A DNA stretch of 64,000 nucleotides, taken from Candidatus Omnitrophota bacterium (GTDB taxonomy: Bacteria > Omnitrophota > Gorgyraeia > B26-G9). Where the stretch lies: NCBI GenBank assembly GCA_043826565.1, contig JBDRPX010000023.1, forward strand, positions 5,758 through 69,757. The letters are read 5' to 3'. Position 1 is the first letter of the stretch; every line of letters starts with the position of its first letter. A program made the position numbers and the translations under genes. Below, in pieces: positions 19,843 to 27,104 of the stretch. Under the pieces are notes generated by a model. That model saw only the letters and a list, made by a program, of their open reading frames with translations. It ran no database searches and was not told where the DNA came from.

Positions 19843-19916
19843 CCTGCGTCCTGAGTCCTGTAGCCTGAGGCTTTCATACCTTTCAGCTTGCATCCTGCGG
19901 CTTGCGGCCTGCAGCC
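19843..19916. repeat. Degenerate 7-nt tandem array upstream of four-helix-bundle gene 2, inverted relative to 19430-19465
   Basis: + strand: cctgcgt cctgagt cctgtag cctgagg ctttcat ac ctttcag cttgcat cctgcgg cttgcgg cctgcag cc. cctgtagc is complementary to gctacagg in the downstream array. Confidence 0.9.
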
Positions 19917-21397
19917 AGGAGAGCTTTCAACTGCTCTCGCTTTATTTTTCCACTCGCCGTTTTTGGCAGAGATTGCACCATCGCAACTTTTTTCGGCATT
20001 TTAAAAGCGGCTAGGTTCTTTTTACAAAAAATAAGAATATCTTTTTCCGTAACATTCACATCGTCAAGCACAACAAAAAGCTTTATCGCTTCGCCAAGTA
20101 TTTCATCAGGGATACCGACTACCGCACACTCAGCAATTCCTGGCAATTGAGAAACAACTTCTTCTAATTCTAATGGACTGATCCTGTTGGCACCGCTTTT
20201 AATCATATCCTTTTTACGGCTAATCAGATAAATAAACCCATCCGCGTCAATACGCGCAAGATCTCCGGTAAACAAATCCCCCTCACGTAAAACCCCCTTG
20301 GTTTGTTCCGGATCATCCCAATATCCCTGCATAATATTTTTTCCGCGAGCAACAATTTCGCCGATTTCTCCGACTTCCACCGGTTCTCCCGTTTCTCTAA
20401 GCACATCAAGCTGTACTCCGGGAATAGCTTTGCCGATAGAACCAGCTTTTTCCGGAAAATCATCAGGAGAAAGAAAACTCAAACGAGCAGAAGCTTCTGT
20501 CTGCCCATACATCACATAAAACTTTATCTCCGGGATTATTTGCCGGAACTCTTTTATCAAGCCCGCAGACATCGCTCCTCCGGCCTGGGTAACATAACGC
20601 AATTTAGGAAATTGATATTTTCGTATTGCTGATTTCTTTAAAAATATATTAAAATGAGTCGGGACTCCGGCAAAACCGGTAACTTCTTCCGTAGCCATCG
20701 TATCTAAAATCACATTAGGAAATACAAAACGGTTGTCGATAATAAGAGTTCCCCCGGCTCTTATATGCGTAGTTAATAAAGAATTGCCATAGGAATAGTA
20801 AAACGGCAATACGACCATAATTTTGTCTTCTGCTGTAAGCCTCAGATAGCTGATAATAGACTCTGCATTTTCCGCTAAATTTTCATGCGAAAGCATTACT
20901 CCCTTAGGTTTGCCTGTAGTCCCGGAGGTATATATAATCATCGCCAGATCGCTGGCGCTTAGCTGAGGGCTGATGGCTAATGGCTCATAGTTTTCACTAT
21001 AATTAATATCATCTATTTGTAATGCAATAATATCCTGATTGATTAAAACTAAAGCTTCTTCTACAACTTTTTTGTGTTTATTGTCAGTAACTAGTACCCT
21101 AGGGGTGCAATCAGTCAAAAGCAATGCTAACTCTCGGGAAACAAGCTGACTATTTAAAGCTACAACACCCCCCCCGATTTTTAAAATCCCAAAGTAGGCC
21201 ACCAGATAATCAATACTATTATCCAAAAACAAAACTACCCGGTCTCCTTTAGATACCCCCTGGTCTCTTAAATACATAGCCAAGACATCAGACCATGCGC
21301 TAAGCTGCGCATAAGTACAGCTTGATTTCTGATGAACTGCCGCGATTTTATCCGGATATCGCTGAGTACTTTCTCGTAAAAATCCATGAATCATCAT
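19883..21397 (-). CDS. Acyl-CoA/acyl-ACP ligase (AMP-forming adenylation enzyme)
   Basis: YTSGTTGKPKG, MYGQTE, TGDLA, R.KDMIK.GANRISP.ELE, LPKTASGKI; directly downstream of the ACP gene. Confidence 0.92.
   Translation of the reverse strand: MMIHGFLRESTQRYPDKIAAVHQKSSCTYAQLSAWSDVLAMYLRDQGVSKGDRVVLFLDNSIDYLVAYFGILKIGGGVVALNSQLVSRELALLLTDCTPRVLVTDNKHKKVVEEALVLINQDIIALQIDDINYSENYEPLAISPQLSASDLAMIIYTSGTTGKPKGVMLSHENLAENAESIISYLRLTAEDKIMVVLPFYYSYGNSLLTTHIRAGGTLIIDNRFVFPNVILDTMATEEVTGFAGVPTHFNIFLKKSAIRKYQFPKLRYVTQAGGAMSAGLIKEFRQIIPEIKFYVMYGQTEASARLSFLSPDDFPEKAGSIGKAIPGVQLDVLRETGEPVEVGEIGEIVARGKNIMQGYWDDPEQTKGVLREGDLFTGDLARIDADGFIYLISRKKDMIKSGANRISPLELEEVVSQLPGIAECAVVGIPDEILGEAIKLFVVLDDVNVTEKDILIFCKKNLAAFKMPKKVAMVQSLPKTASGKIKREQLKALLAAGRKPQDAS
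20954..20990. repeat. Orphan 7-nt array in-frame inside the acyl-CoA ligase gene
   Basis: + strand: ggcgctt agctgag ggctgat ggctaat ggctcat ag; encodes YEPLAISPQLSA. Confidence 0.7.
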
Positions 21398-21416
21398 ATT
21401 AACACCAGACTCCGAG

Positions 21417-21671
21417 TTATGAATTATTGATTTTAGATTGTATAAAAACCTCAATATTCTTCAGCGAATCAAGATTATCCGGTGTCAATTCTTCATCCTC
21501 AACTTTGATTGTGAAGGTTTCCTGTATAAAATCAACGAGTTCCATAATCCCCGTAGAATCAATAATCCCCTGTTCTAAGAAAGAATCCTCATCGTTTATA
21601 CTTCTATCCTCCGCGCCCATTAAAAAACTACTCTTTATAAATTGCCTAACTTTGTCTTTAACATCCATCAC
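21417..21671 (-). CDS. Acyl carrier protein
   Basis: 84 aa acidic protein with GIIDSTGIMELV (phosphopantetheine Ser) and EELTPDNLDS. Confidence 0.9.
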   Translation of the reverse strand: MMDVKDKVRQFIKSSFLMGAEDRSINDEDSFLEQGIIDSTGIMELVDFIQETFTIKVEDEELTPDNLDSLKNIEVFIQSKINNS

Positions 21672-21695
21672 GAATAACTCCTATTATATTGAAGT

Positions 21696-22166
21696 CTAGT
21701 CATCAATCACAAATCTTTCATCCGCATTCTCTTCATGTCTAATCTCATCAATCTGATGCTTTTTCCCCGGCCCGGCAAAAAGCTGGTTAGGATAGTTCAG
21801 AACCAGTCCGGGAGCCTTGCCGATATTTTTGTAAGCATGGACAACACCCGGAGGAACCAGGGCGATTACAGGCTCATCTTCGGCAAACACAATTGTTGTT
21901 TTCAACCTAAATGTTTTGCTGTCCTTTCTATTATCCCAAAGAAATAACTTAAACGAAGAAGTGCCTAAAAAACAAAAATAATCAGTTTGATATGTATGTT
22001 CATGCGGCCCCCGCACAACATTCTGATGAGTCATAGACAGATACGACATAACCGGATATATATCCTTAGCCATCTCATCATGACGAAAAATCTCAAAAAG
22101 CCATCCTCGTTCATCGGTAAATTTCTTTACCTTTTTTATCACTACCCCATCAATTCCAACTTCCAT
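21696..22166 (-). CDS. dTDP-4-dehydrorhamnose 3,5-epimerase-like cupin (RmlC family)
   Basis: DERGWLFE, VVRGPHEH, LWDNRKDSKT, VPPGVVHAYKN. Confidence 0.85.
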   Translation of the reverse strand: MEVGIDGVVIKKVKKFTDERGWLFEIFRHDEMAKDIYPVMSYLSMTHQNVVRGPHEHTYQTDYFCFLGTSSFKLFLWDNRKDSKTFRLKTTIVFAEDEPVIALVPPGVVHAYKNIGKAPGLVLNYPNQLFAGPGKKHQIDEIRHEENADERFVIDD

Positions 22167-22207
22167 ATTTTCTCTAACCTTTTTTATCTTTTAATTTTTT
22201 TATTTTT

Positions 22208-22242
22208 CTATACGCTAAACGCTATCCGCTCTACGCTATTAC
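22208..22242. repeat. Orphan intergenic 7-nt array
   Basis: + strand: ctatacg ctaaacg ctatccg ctctacg ctattac. Confidence 0.8.
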
Positions 22243-22253
22243 TTTTATACTCC

Positions 22254-23255
22254 TTAATAATAAAGCTTAAGCAGATCTTTTTTTACCTTTTCCATCTGGA
22301 AAAAATCATATTTATCATCCTGGTTACCGATAACCGGAACCCACGACATCAAGGCGATCATTAACAACTGCGGCACTACTCTATATTTATTTAAATAGTC
22401 CAGCGCCACTTTACGCGCTTTATATTTCTCTTTGTTTTTAATTAAATATTTTGCCCAAAAAAGATAACTGTTTTCTATTTGCCCTTTAAGACAGTCCTCA
22501 TTTTTTTTCTCATTATCCTCCAGAGAATTCAATAAGTGCTCAAAAGAAGCGATTCTATTCTCAACACTACGGCTTATATAGTAAGAGACTTTATACGCGT
22601 CAAAAAACCGGCTAACCAAAACCCTGTTGATACAGCCTACTTGCGCGTGTTTAGCCATATTAAAAAGTAATTCTATATCCTCATAACCATGTGCTTGTTC
22701 TGGAAAGGGCCCGTAGAAAGAATACGATTGATTTCTAATAAGCATTGTTGAAAACAGTTTAAACCTGCTCATGATCAGGTATCTCTGCCCTTGCTCAATC
22801 ACAAAAGCCTCTTGATTTTTCCCTCCCCGAAAAAAATCATTCATCTGGAAAAATGACGAATTTACCAAGCCGTTCTTATCAACAATATCAAAATCACAGC
22901 AAACACCGAAAGCGGTCATATTTCTTTCTAAAAACTTAACTTTTTCTTCTAACACCCCCGGATGCCAGATATCACCGGCCGCGAGGATGGAAAAATATTT
23001 CCCTTCAGTAAGTTTCAAGGTATTGTTCAATATTTTTCCTTTAGAAACCCCTTTTTGCTGGATAACAAGTTTAATCCTGTCACGGTATGCTTCAATAAAT
23101 TGGCTTAACTCTTCGGTAATAGTGTTGACAATCAAAAAAATCTCAACGTTTTTGTATGTCTGATGTAAAACACTATTAAAAGTTTGCGCAAGATTAAGGA
23201 CATCTTCCCGAGATACAATAAGAATACTGACTTTTTCTACCTGATAAAAACTCAT
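22254..23255 (-). CDS. GT2-fold protein with degenerate acidic motifs
   Basis: KVSILI, SVLHQTYKNVEI, YEDIEL follow the GT2 layout. The usual VDDGS and DxDD positions read IVNTI and LAAGD. Confidence 0.7.
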   Translation of the reverse strand: MSFYQVEKVSILIVSREDVLNLAQTFNSVLHQTYKNVEIFLIVNTITEELSQFIEAYRDRIKLVIQQKGVSKGKILNNTLKLTEGKYFSILAAGDIWHPGVLEEKVKFLERNMTAFGVCCDFDIVDKNGLVNSSFFQMNDFFRGGKNQEAFVIEQGQRYLIMSRFKLFSTMLIRNQSYSFYGPFPEQAHGYEDIELLFNMAKHAQVGCINRVLVSRFFDAYKVSYYISRSVENRIASFEHLLNSLEDNEKKNEDCLKGQIENSYLFWAKYLIKNKEKYKARKVALDYLNKYRVVPQLLMIALMSWVPVIGNQDDKYDFFQMEKVKKDLLKLYY

Positions 23256-24205
23256 AAAATTTCCTTAAACCAATCATAAGTAACCTCCAAACCCTTATCA
23301 AAATTTATATCAGGTGTATAATTCATCAGCTGTTTAGCTTTATCAATATTGGCATGGCTTTTAAAAACATCTCCCATGCGGATCGGCAGAAAAGCCGGTT
23401 CAATTGCTTTGCCGGCAAGAGCATTCACAACTTCAACTATCCTTAAAACCGTAACACTATCACCACAGGCCACATTAAATACTTCCTTAGAAATTCCGGG
23501 AACCGTCGCGGCCAAAATATTTGCTTTAACTACGTTCTTTACAAAAGTGAAATCGCGTGACTGCTTGCCGTTTCCAAATATTGGAGGCTGTTTATCTTTT
23601 AAAATACACGCGATAAACTTTGGAATAACTACTGCGTATTCATCATCTAAAGCTTGCCGGGGACCAAAAACATTAAAATAACGCAAGGCTACTGTTTCCA
23701 CTCCGAAATTTTCACTAAAAATACGGCAATAATATTCTCCGGCCAGCTTAGACAATGCATAGGGAGAAATCAGCAATGGGTAATGCGTTTCCGTCTGCGG
23801 AAACTTATCCGTGTCCCCATACACTGAACTTGAGGATGCCAGCACTAGTCTTTTTACGCCGCATTGCTTAGCTGCCCTTAACAAATTAACCGTACCATCA
23901 ATGTTAACTCTATTATACTCATAAGGATTTTTCATCGATTTAGGAACACTTCTTAATGCCGCCTGATGCAAAACATAATCAACCCCCTCACAAGCTTTAA
24001 CACAAGCCTCATAATCGCAAATATCACCTCTAATCAGCGAATAGCGATTAGCGTCTAGCGAATAGTCCGCTACAAACGCGAGATTTTCCTCTTTACCGCT
24101 AAAGAAATTATCCAAAACAACAACAGACTCTCCCTTTTTTAATAATTCTTCCACAATATGGGAACCGATAAATCCCGCCCCGCCGGTAACTAAATATTTG
24201 GACAT
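23252..24205 (-). CDS. UDP-GlcNAc/GlcNAcA 4-epimerase (WbpP/TviC-like SDR)
   Basis: TGGAGFIGSH, HQAA..SVP.S, SSSSVYG, YALSK, LRYFNVFGPRQ. Confidence 0.9.
   Translation of the reverse strand: MSKYLVTGGAGFIGSHIVEELLKKGESVVVLDNFFSGKEENLAFVADYSLDANRYSLIRGDICDYEACVKACEGVDYVLHQAALRSVPKSMKNPYEYNRVNIDGTVNLLRAAKQCGVKRLVLASSSSVYGDTDKFPQTETHYPLLISPYALSKLAGEYYCRIFSENFGVETVALRYFNVFGPRQALDDEYAVVIPKFIACILKDKQPPIFGNGKQSRDFTFVKNVVKANILAATVPGISKEVFNVACGDSVTVLRIVEVVNALAGKAIEPAFLPIRMGDVFKSHANIDKAKQLMNYTPDINFDKGLEVTYDWFKEIL
24035..24069. repeat. Orphan 7-nt array in-frame inside the epimerase gene
   Basis: + strand: cagcgaa tagcgat tagcgtc tagcgaa tagtccg; encodes DYSLDANRYSL. Confidence 0.8.
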
Positions 24206-24219
24206 TTTCGTACTCCTTT

Positions 24220-24295
24220 GTTAGATTGTTAGCCAGTTAGCCAGTTGGCCAGTTGCCAGTCAAGCCGGTTGGCCCGTAAGCTAGTCAAGCCGGTT
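24220..24295. repeat. Degenerate 8-nt tandem array downstream of four-helix-bundle gene 3
   Basis: + strand: gttagatt gttagcca gttagcca gttggcca gttgcca gtcaagccg gttggccc gtaagcta gtcaagccg gtt. Confidence 0.9.
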
Positions 24296-24303
24296 AAAAA
24301 AAT

Positions 24304-24666
24304 TTAATTTGCTTTTAAATATCTAATAAAACCACTTATTAATTTTCTAGTCTCTTCTGTTTGCAAATAAATCTCTTGAAACAATTCTTTATCTACATAA
24401 TTAAGATCTAAAGCTATATACATAATGCATTGCACTTCTGAACATGACCTTTTGGAGTATGAAAGAAATCTACAAAACTCTGTTTTGCTTGAACTATCAA
24501 ACCCCTCTGCTATATTATTCATTATTGACACAGAAGCCCTTTGAATCTGATCTCTTAATCCCCAATCCCTTGCAAATTCTTTTTGAGAAGTTATGTTGTA
24601 TATCTTTTTGTTCAGTTGCCTAGCCATTTTCCAGGATTCAATGTCTTCAAATCTATTTATTTTCAT
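24304..24666 (-). CDS. Four-helix-bundle protein (23S rRNA IVP-like), copy 3
   Basis: RFEDIESWK, LRDQIQRASVSIMNNIAEGF, EFCRFL.YSKRSCSEV. Confidence 0.93.
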   Translation of the reverse strand: MKINRFEDIESWKMARQLNKKIYNITSQKEFARDWGLRDQIQRASVSIMNNIAEGFDSSSKTEFCRFLSYSKRSCSEVQCIMYIALDLNYVDKELFQEIYLQTEETRKLISGFIRYLKAN

Positions 24667-24674
24667 CTCAAACC

Positions 24675-24718
24675 CAACTAGTCAACCGGTCAACCGGCTT
24701 ACTGGCCAACTCGATAAC
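24675..24718. repeat. Degenerate 8-nt tandem array upstream of four-helix-bundle gene 3, inverted relative to 24220-24295
   Basis: + strand: caactagt caaccggt caaccggc ttactggc caactcga taac. actggccaact (24701-24711) is the reverse complement of 24243-24253; aaccggctt (24692-24700) matches 24262-24270 and 24287-24295. Confidence 0.9.
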
Positions 24719-24720
24719 TT

Positions 24721-26046
24721 TTATAAGCGCCAGTACAAAATTTCAGAATTATTAAAAGTTTTGGAATCAAACATCCCTTTGACATCAACTAATACCCCAG
24801 TAGTATTCTTCCCGCTAATCATATGTTTTTTTAATGCTGAAAGCGTAAAATCTTTCTTAAAAATATCGTGGTTAACCGCGGCGACAATCGCGTCAACTTT
24901 CAGATTCTTGTTATACTTCTTCATCTCTATGCCGTATTCATGTTTTACAGCCTGCGGATCCGCAAGAGGATCAGACACGACAACATCAATCGAATATTCT
25001 TTCAATTCGTTTATAATATCAATAACCCGCGAATTGCGAATGTCTGATATGTTTTCTTTGAAGGTTATCCCGAGAATAAGGACCTTGGCTTTTTTTACCG
25101 TCTTATTCGCCTCGATCAGCAGTTTAACTGTCTGCTCGGCAATATACTTACCCATCCCGTCGTTTATCCTTCTCCCGGCAAGTATTACCTGCGGATGATA
25201 TCCTAAAACTTCGGCCTTAAAAGTAAGATAATACGGATCTACTCCGATGCAATGCCCGCCCACAAGTCCGGGGAACATCTTAATAAAGTTCCATTTAGTT
25301 GCCGCGGCTTTAAGAACCGACAGGGTATCAATACCCATCTCATGGAAAATAATAGCTAATTCATTCATCAAAGCTATATTCAGATCTCTTTGCGTATTTT
25401 CTATAACTTTCGCCGCCTCAGCAACCTTAATCGATTTTGCTTTAAAAACACCCGCCTTAACGATTAACGCATAGGTCTGCGCCACTTCATTCAAAGTTTG
25501 CTGATCACAACCTGAGACTACTTTTATTATGCTCGTAACATCATGTTCTTTATCCCCGGGATTGATCCGTTCCGGAGAATACCCGGCCTTAAAATCCTTT
25601 TTATATTTAAGCCCGGAATATTTTTCCAGGATCGGAACACAAACATCTTCAGTAACTCCCGGATAAACAGTAGATTCATAAACAATGATACTGCCTTTTG
25701 CAAGATTCTTCCCGACTATCTCAGAAGCACTTTCCAAACAGGAAAGATCCGGCTGTTTGTTTTTTGTTATGGGCGTAGGAACAGTAATAATTATAAAATT
25801 AGCTTCTTTTATCTTTTTAGGATCACTTGTAATTTTAAGCAATTTAGCCGCTTTAAGTTCACCCGTAGCTGTTTCATTATTAGTATCCTCAAATCTTTTC
25901 AGATCTTTTACCCGTTTTAAGTTCAGATCAAATCCGATCGTCTTGACAATCTTACCAAATGCCACCGCCAGCGGCAATCCCACATACCCCAGGCCGATTA
26001 CCGCACATTTGACCTTTTTCTTTTTAATCTTATCAACCAATCTCAT
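24721..26046 (-). CDS. UDP-N-acetylhexosamine 6-dehydrogenase (WbpO/TviB-like)
   Basis: GLGYVGLP, VPTP, ESTVYPG, YSPERINPGD, AKVIENTQRD, GGHCIGVDPYY, GITFKEN..D.RNS. Confidence 0.93.
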   Translation of the reverse strand: MRLVDKIKKKKVKCAVIGLGYVGLPLAVAFGKIVKTIGFDLNLKRVKDLKRFEDTNNETATGELKAAKLLKITSDPKKIKEANFIIITVPTPITKNKQPDLSCLESASEIVGKNLAKGSIIVYESTVYPGVTEDVCVPILEKYSGLKYKKDFKAGYSPERINPGDKEHDVTSIIKVVSGCDQQTLNEVAQTYALIVKAGVFKAKSIKVAEAAKVIENTQRDLNIALMNELAIIFHEMGIDTLSVLKAAATKWNFIKMFPGLVGGHCIGVDPYYLTFKAEVLGYHPQVILAGRRINDGMGKYIAEQTVKLLIEANKTVKKAKVLILGITFKENISDIRNSRVIDIINELKEYSIDVVVSDPLADPQAVKHEYGIEMKKYNKNLKVDAIVAAVNHDIFKKDFTLSALKKHMISGKNTTGVLVDVKGMFDSKTFNNSEILYWRL

Positions 26047-26115
26047 ATAATTCCCCTTATTTTAAACTTCTGCCTGTTGATACGTTGCTCCGTTGAATTT
26101 TAGATAGATATACTA

Positions 26116-26901
26116 TTAATACACACTTACGTATTTATAATAGTATTCCGGCATATGATATTCTACATGCGTAAGAATATACCCCAGCATATTGGCATGA
26201 GCTTGCGCTAATAATTCAGTCGCGTGTTTAACCAGATTACGCTGCGTTCTACCCGCGCGCACAACCATAACCACTCCGTCGGCAAGAGAACACACAATTC
26301 CCGCATCAGCAATCGGAACTACCGGAGGTGTATCCAAAATCACATAATCAAATTTTTCCTTTAGACTAGCTAAAAGAATCCCCATTTTTCCCGAAGCTAA
26401 CAATTCTACCGGATTATCCACAATTTTACCCCGGGGGATAATACTTAATTTGTCGATTTTTGTCCGGTAAATAATATTATCAACATCCGCACCAATCAAA
26501 AGATACTCCGACAAACCGACTTTTGAACGTAAATCCAAAGACGCATCAATACTTCCACGCCTTAAATCACAATCAACCAGCAATATTTTTTTACAATCTA
26601 CATCCTTAGCCATCGCAATCGCCAGATTCAAGGAAGTTATTGTTTTTCCCTCGCCCATGATCGAACTTGTTATGGCTACAACTTTAAGTTGATTACGTTT
26701 ACTAAGCTTTTTAATGTTTTCTCTCAATCTTAAATATTGCTCGGAAATCGGTGATTTCGGGTGAAAATGTGTCACAATGTGCGGATTTATATTGGAATCA
26801 CTCACACTTTTTAAGATAAATTCTTTCGGCAAAGACGGTATATTAAAACCACCAATTTTTGATCCCTGTACACCTTTTAATAAATCAAAAAAGTCTCCCA
26901 T
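26116..26901 (-). CDS. CpsD/CapB-family tyrosine kinase (split Wzc kinase domain)
   Basis: SEQY..LR, TSSIMGEGKT Walker A, LLVDCDLR, ILDTPPV, C-terminal Tyr cluster YHMPEYYYKY. Confidence 0.92.
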   Translation of the reverse strand: MGDFFDLLKGVQGSKIGGFNIPSLPKEFILKSVSDSNINPHIVTHFHPKSPISEQYLRLRENIKKLSKRNQLKVVAITSSIMGEGKTITSLNLAIAMAKDVDCKKILLVDCDLRRGSIDASLDLRSKVGLSEYLLIGADVDNIIYRTKIDKLSIIPRGKIVDNPVELLASGKMGILLASLKEKFDYVILDTPPVVPIADAGIVCSLADGVVMVVRAGRTQRNLVKHATELLAQAHANMLGYILTHVEYHMPEYYYKYVSVY

Positions 26902-26928
26902 GACACTCTCCTGGTATAATTTAATTAA

Positions 26929-27062
26929 AATTATACCTGATTACACAGATTATAGTTCCGATTACATAGATTACCTAATTAATTAGTAATTGGTTCCTCT
27001 ATGAATCTGTGCCTGGTTAATATTATTTAAAATCACTGTAATCTTTCTTAATCGGCACAATC
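26929..27062. repeat. Gene-less pair of mutually inverted ~9-nt arrays (GATT-type facing AATC-type)
   Basis: + strand left: aattatacc tgattacac agattatag ttcc gattacata gattac. Right: aatcactgt aatctttctt aatcggcac aatc, plus gaatctgtg at 27003-27011. Confidence 0.7.
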
Positions 27063-27093
27063 AAGACATCCTGATCTTTATAGGATGTCTTTT
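27063..27093. terminator. Stem-loop downstream of the chain-length gene
   Basis: aagacatcct (27063-27072) / aggatgtctt (27082-27091), a perfect 10-bp stem. The T-run is on the + strand, so in the operon direction it is more likely a stabiliser or processing hairpin. Confidence 0.45.
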
Positions 27094-27104
27094 ATTTACT
27101 GATG

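Noticed and set aside
22168-22207. T-rich quasi-periodic tract next to the orphan heptamer array
   Set aside because: Low complexity in an AT-rich genome; cannot be told from background by eye.
17962-24666. 23S rRNA with intervening sequences
   Set aside because: The flanks are protein-coding genes; no rRNA sequence is present.
17959-24718. Diversity-generating retroelement (the four-helix-bundle proteins share the Avd fold)
   Set aside because: No reverse transcriptase and no TR/VR pair differing at adenines seen in the window.
17959-27062. CRISPR array or classical IS elements
   Set aside because: Units are 7-9 nt, degenerate and have no spacers. There is no cas or transposase gene, and I could not identify target-site duplications.
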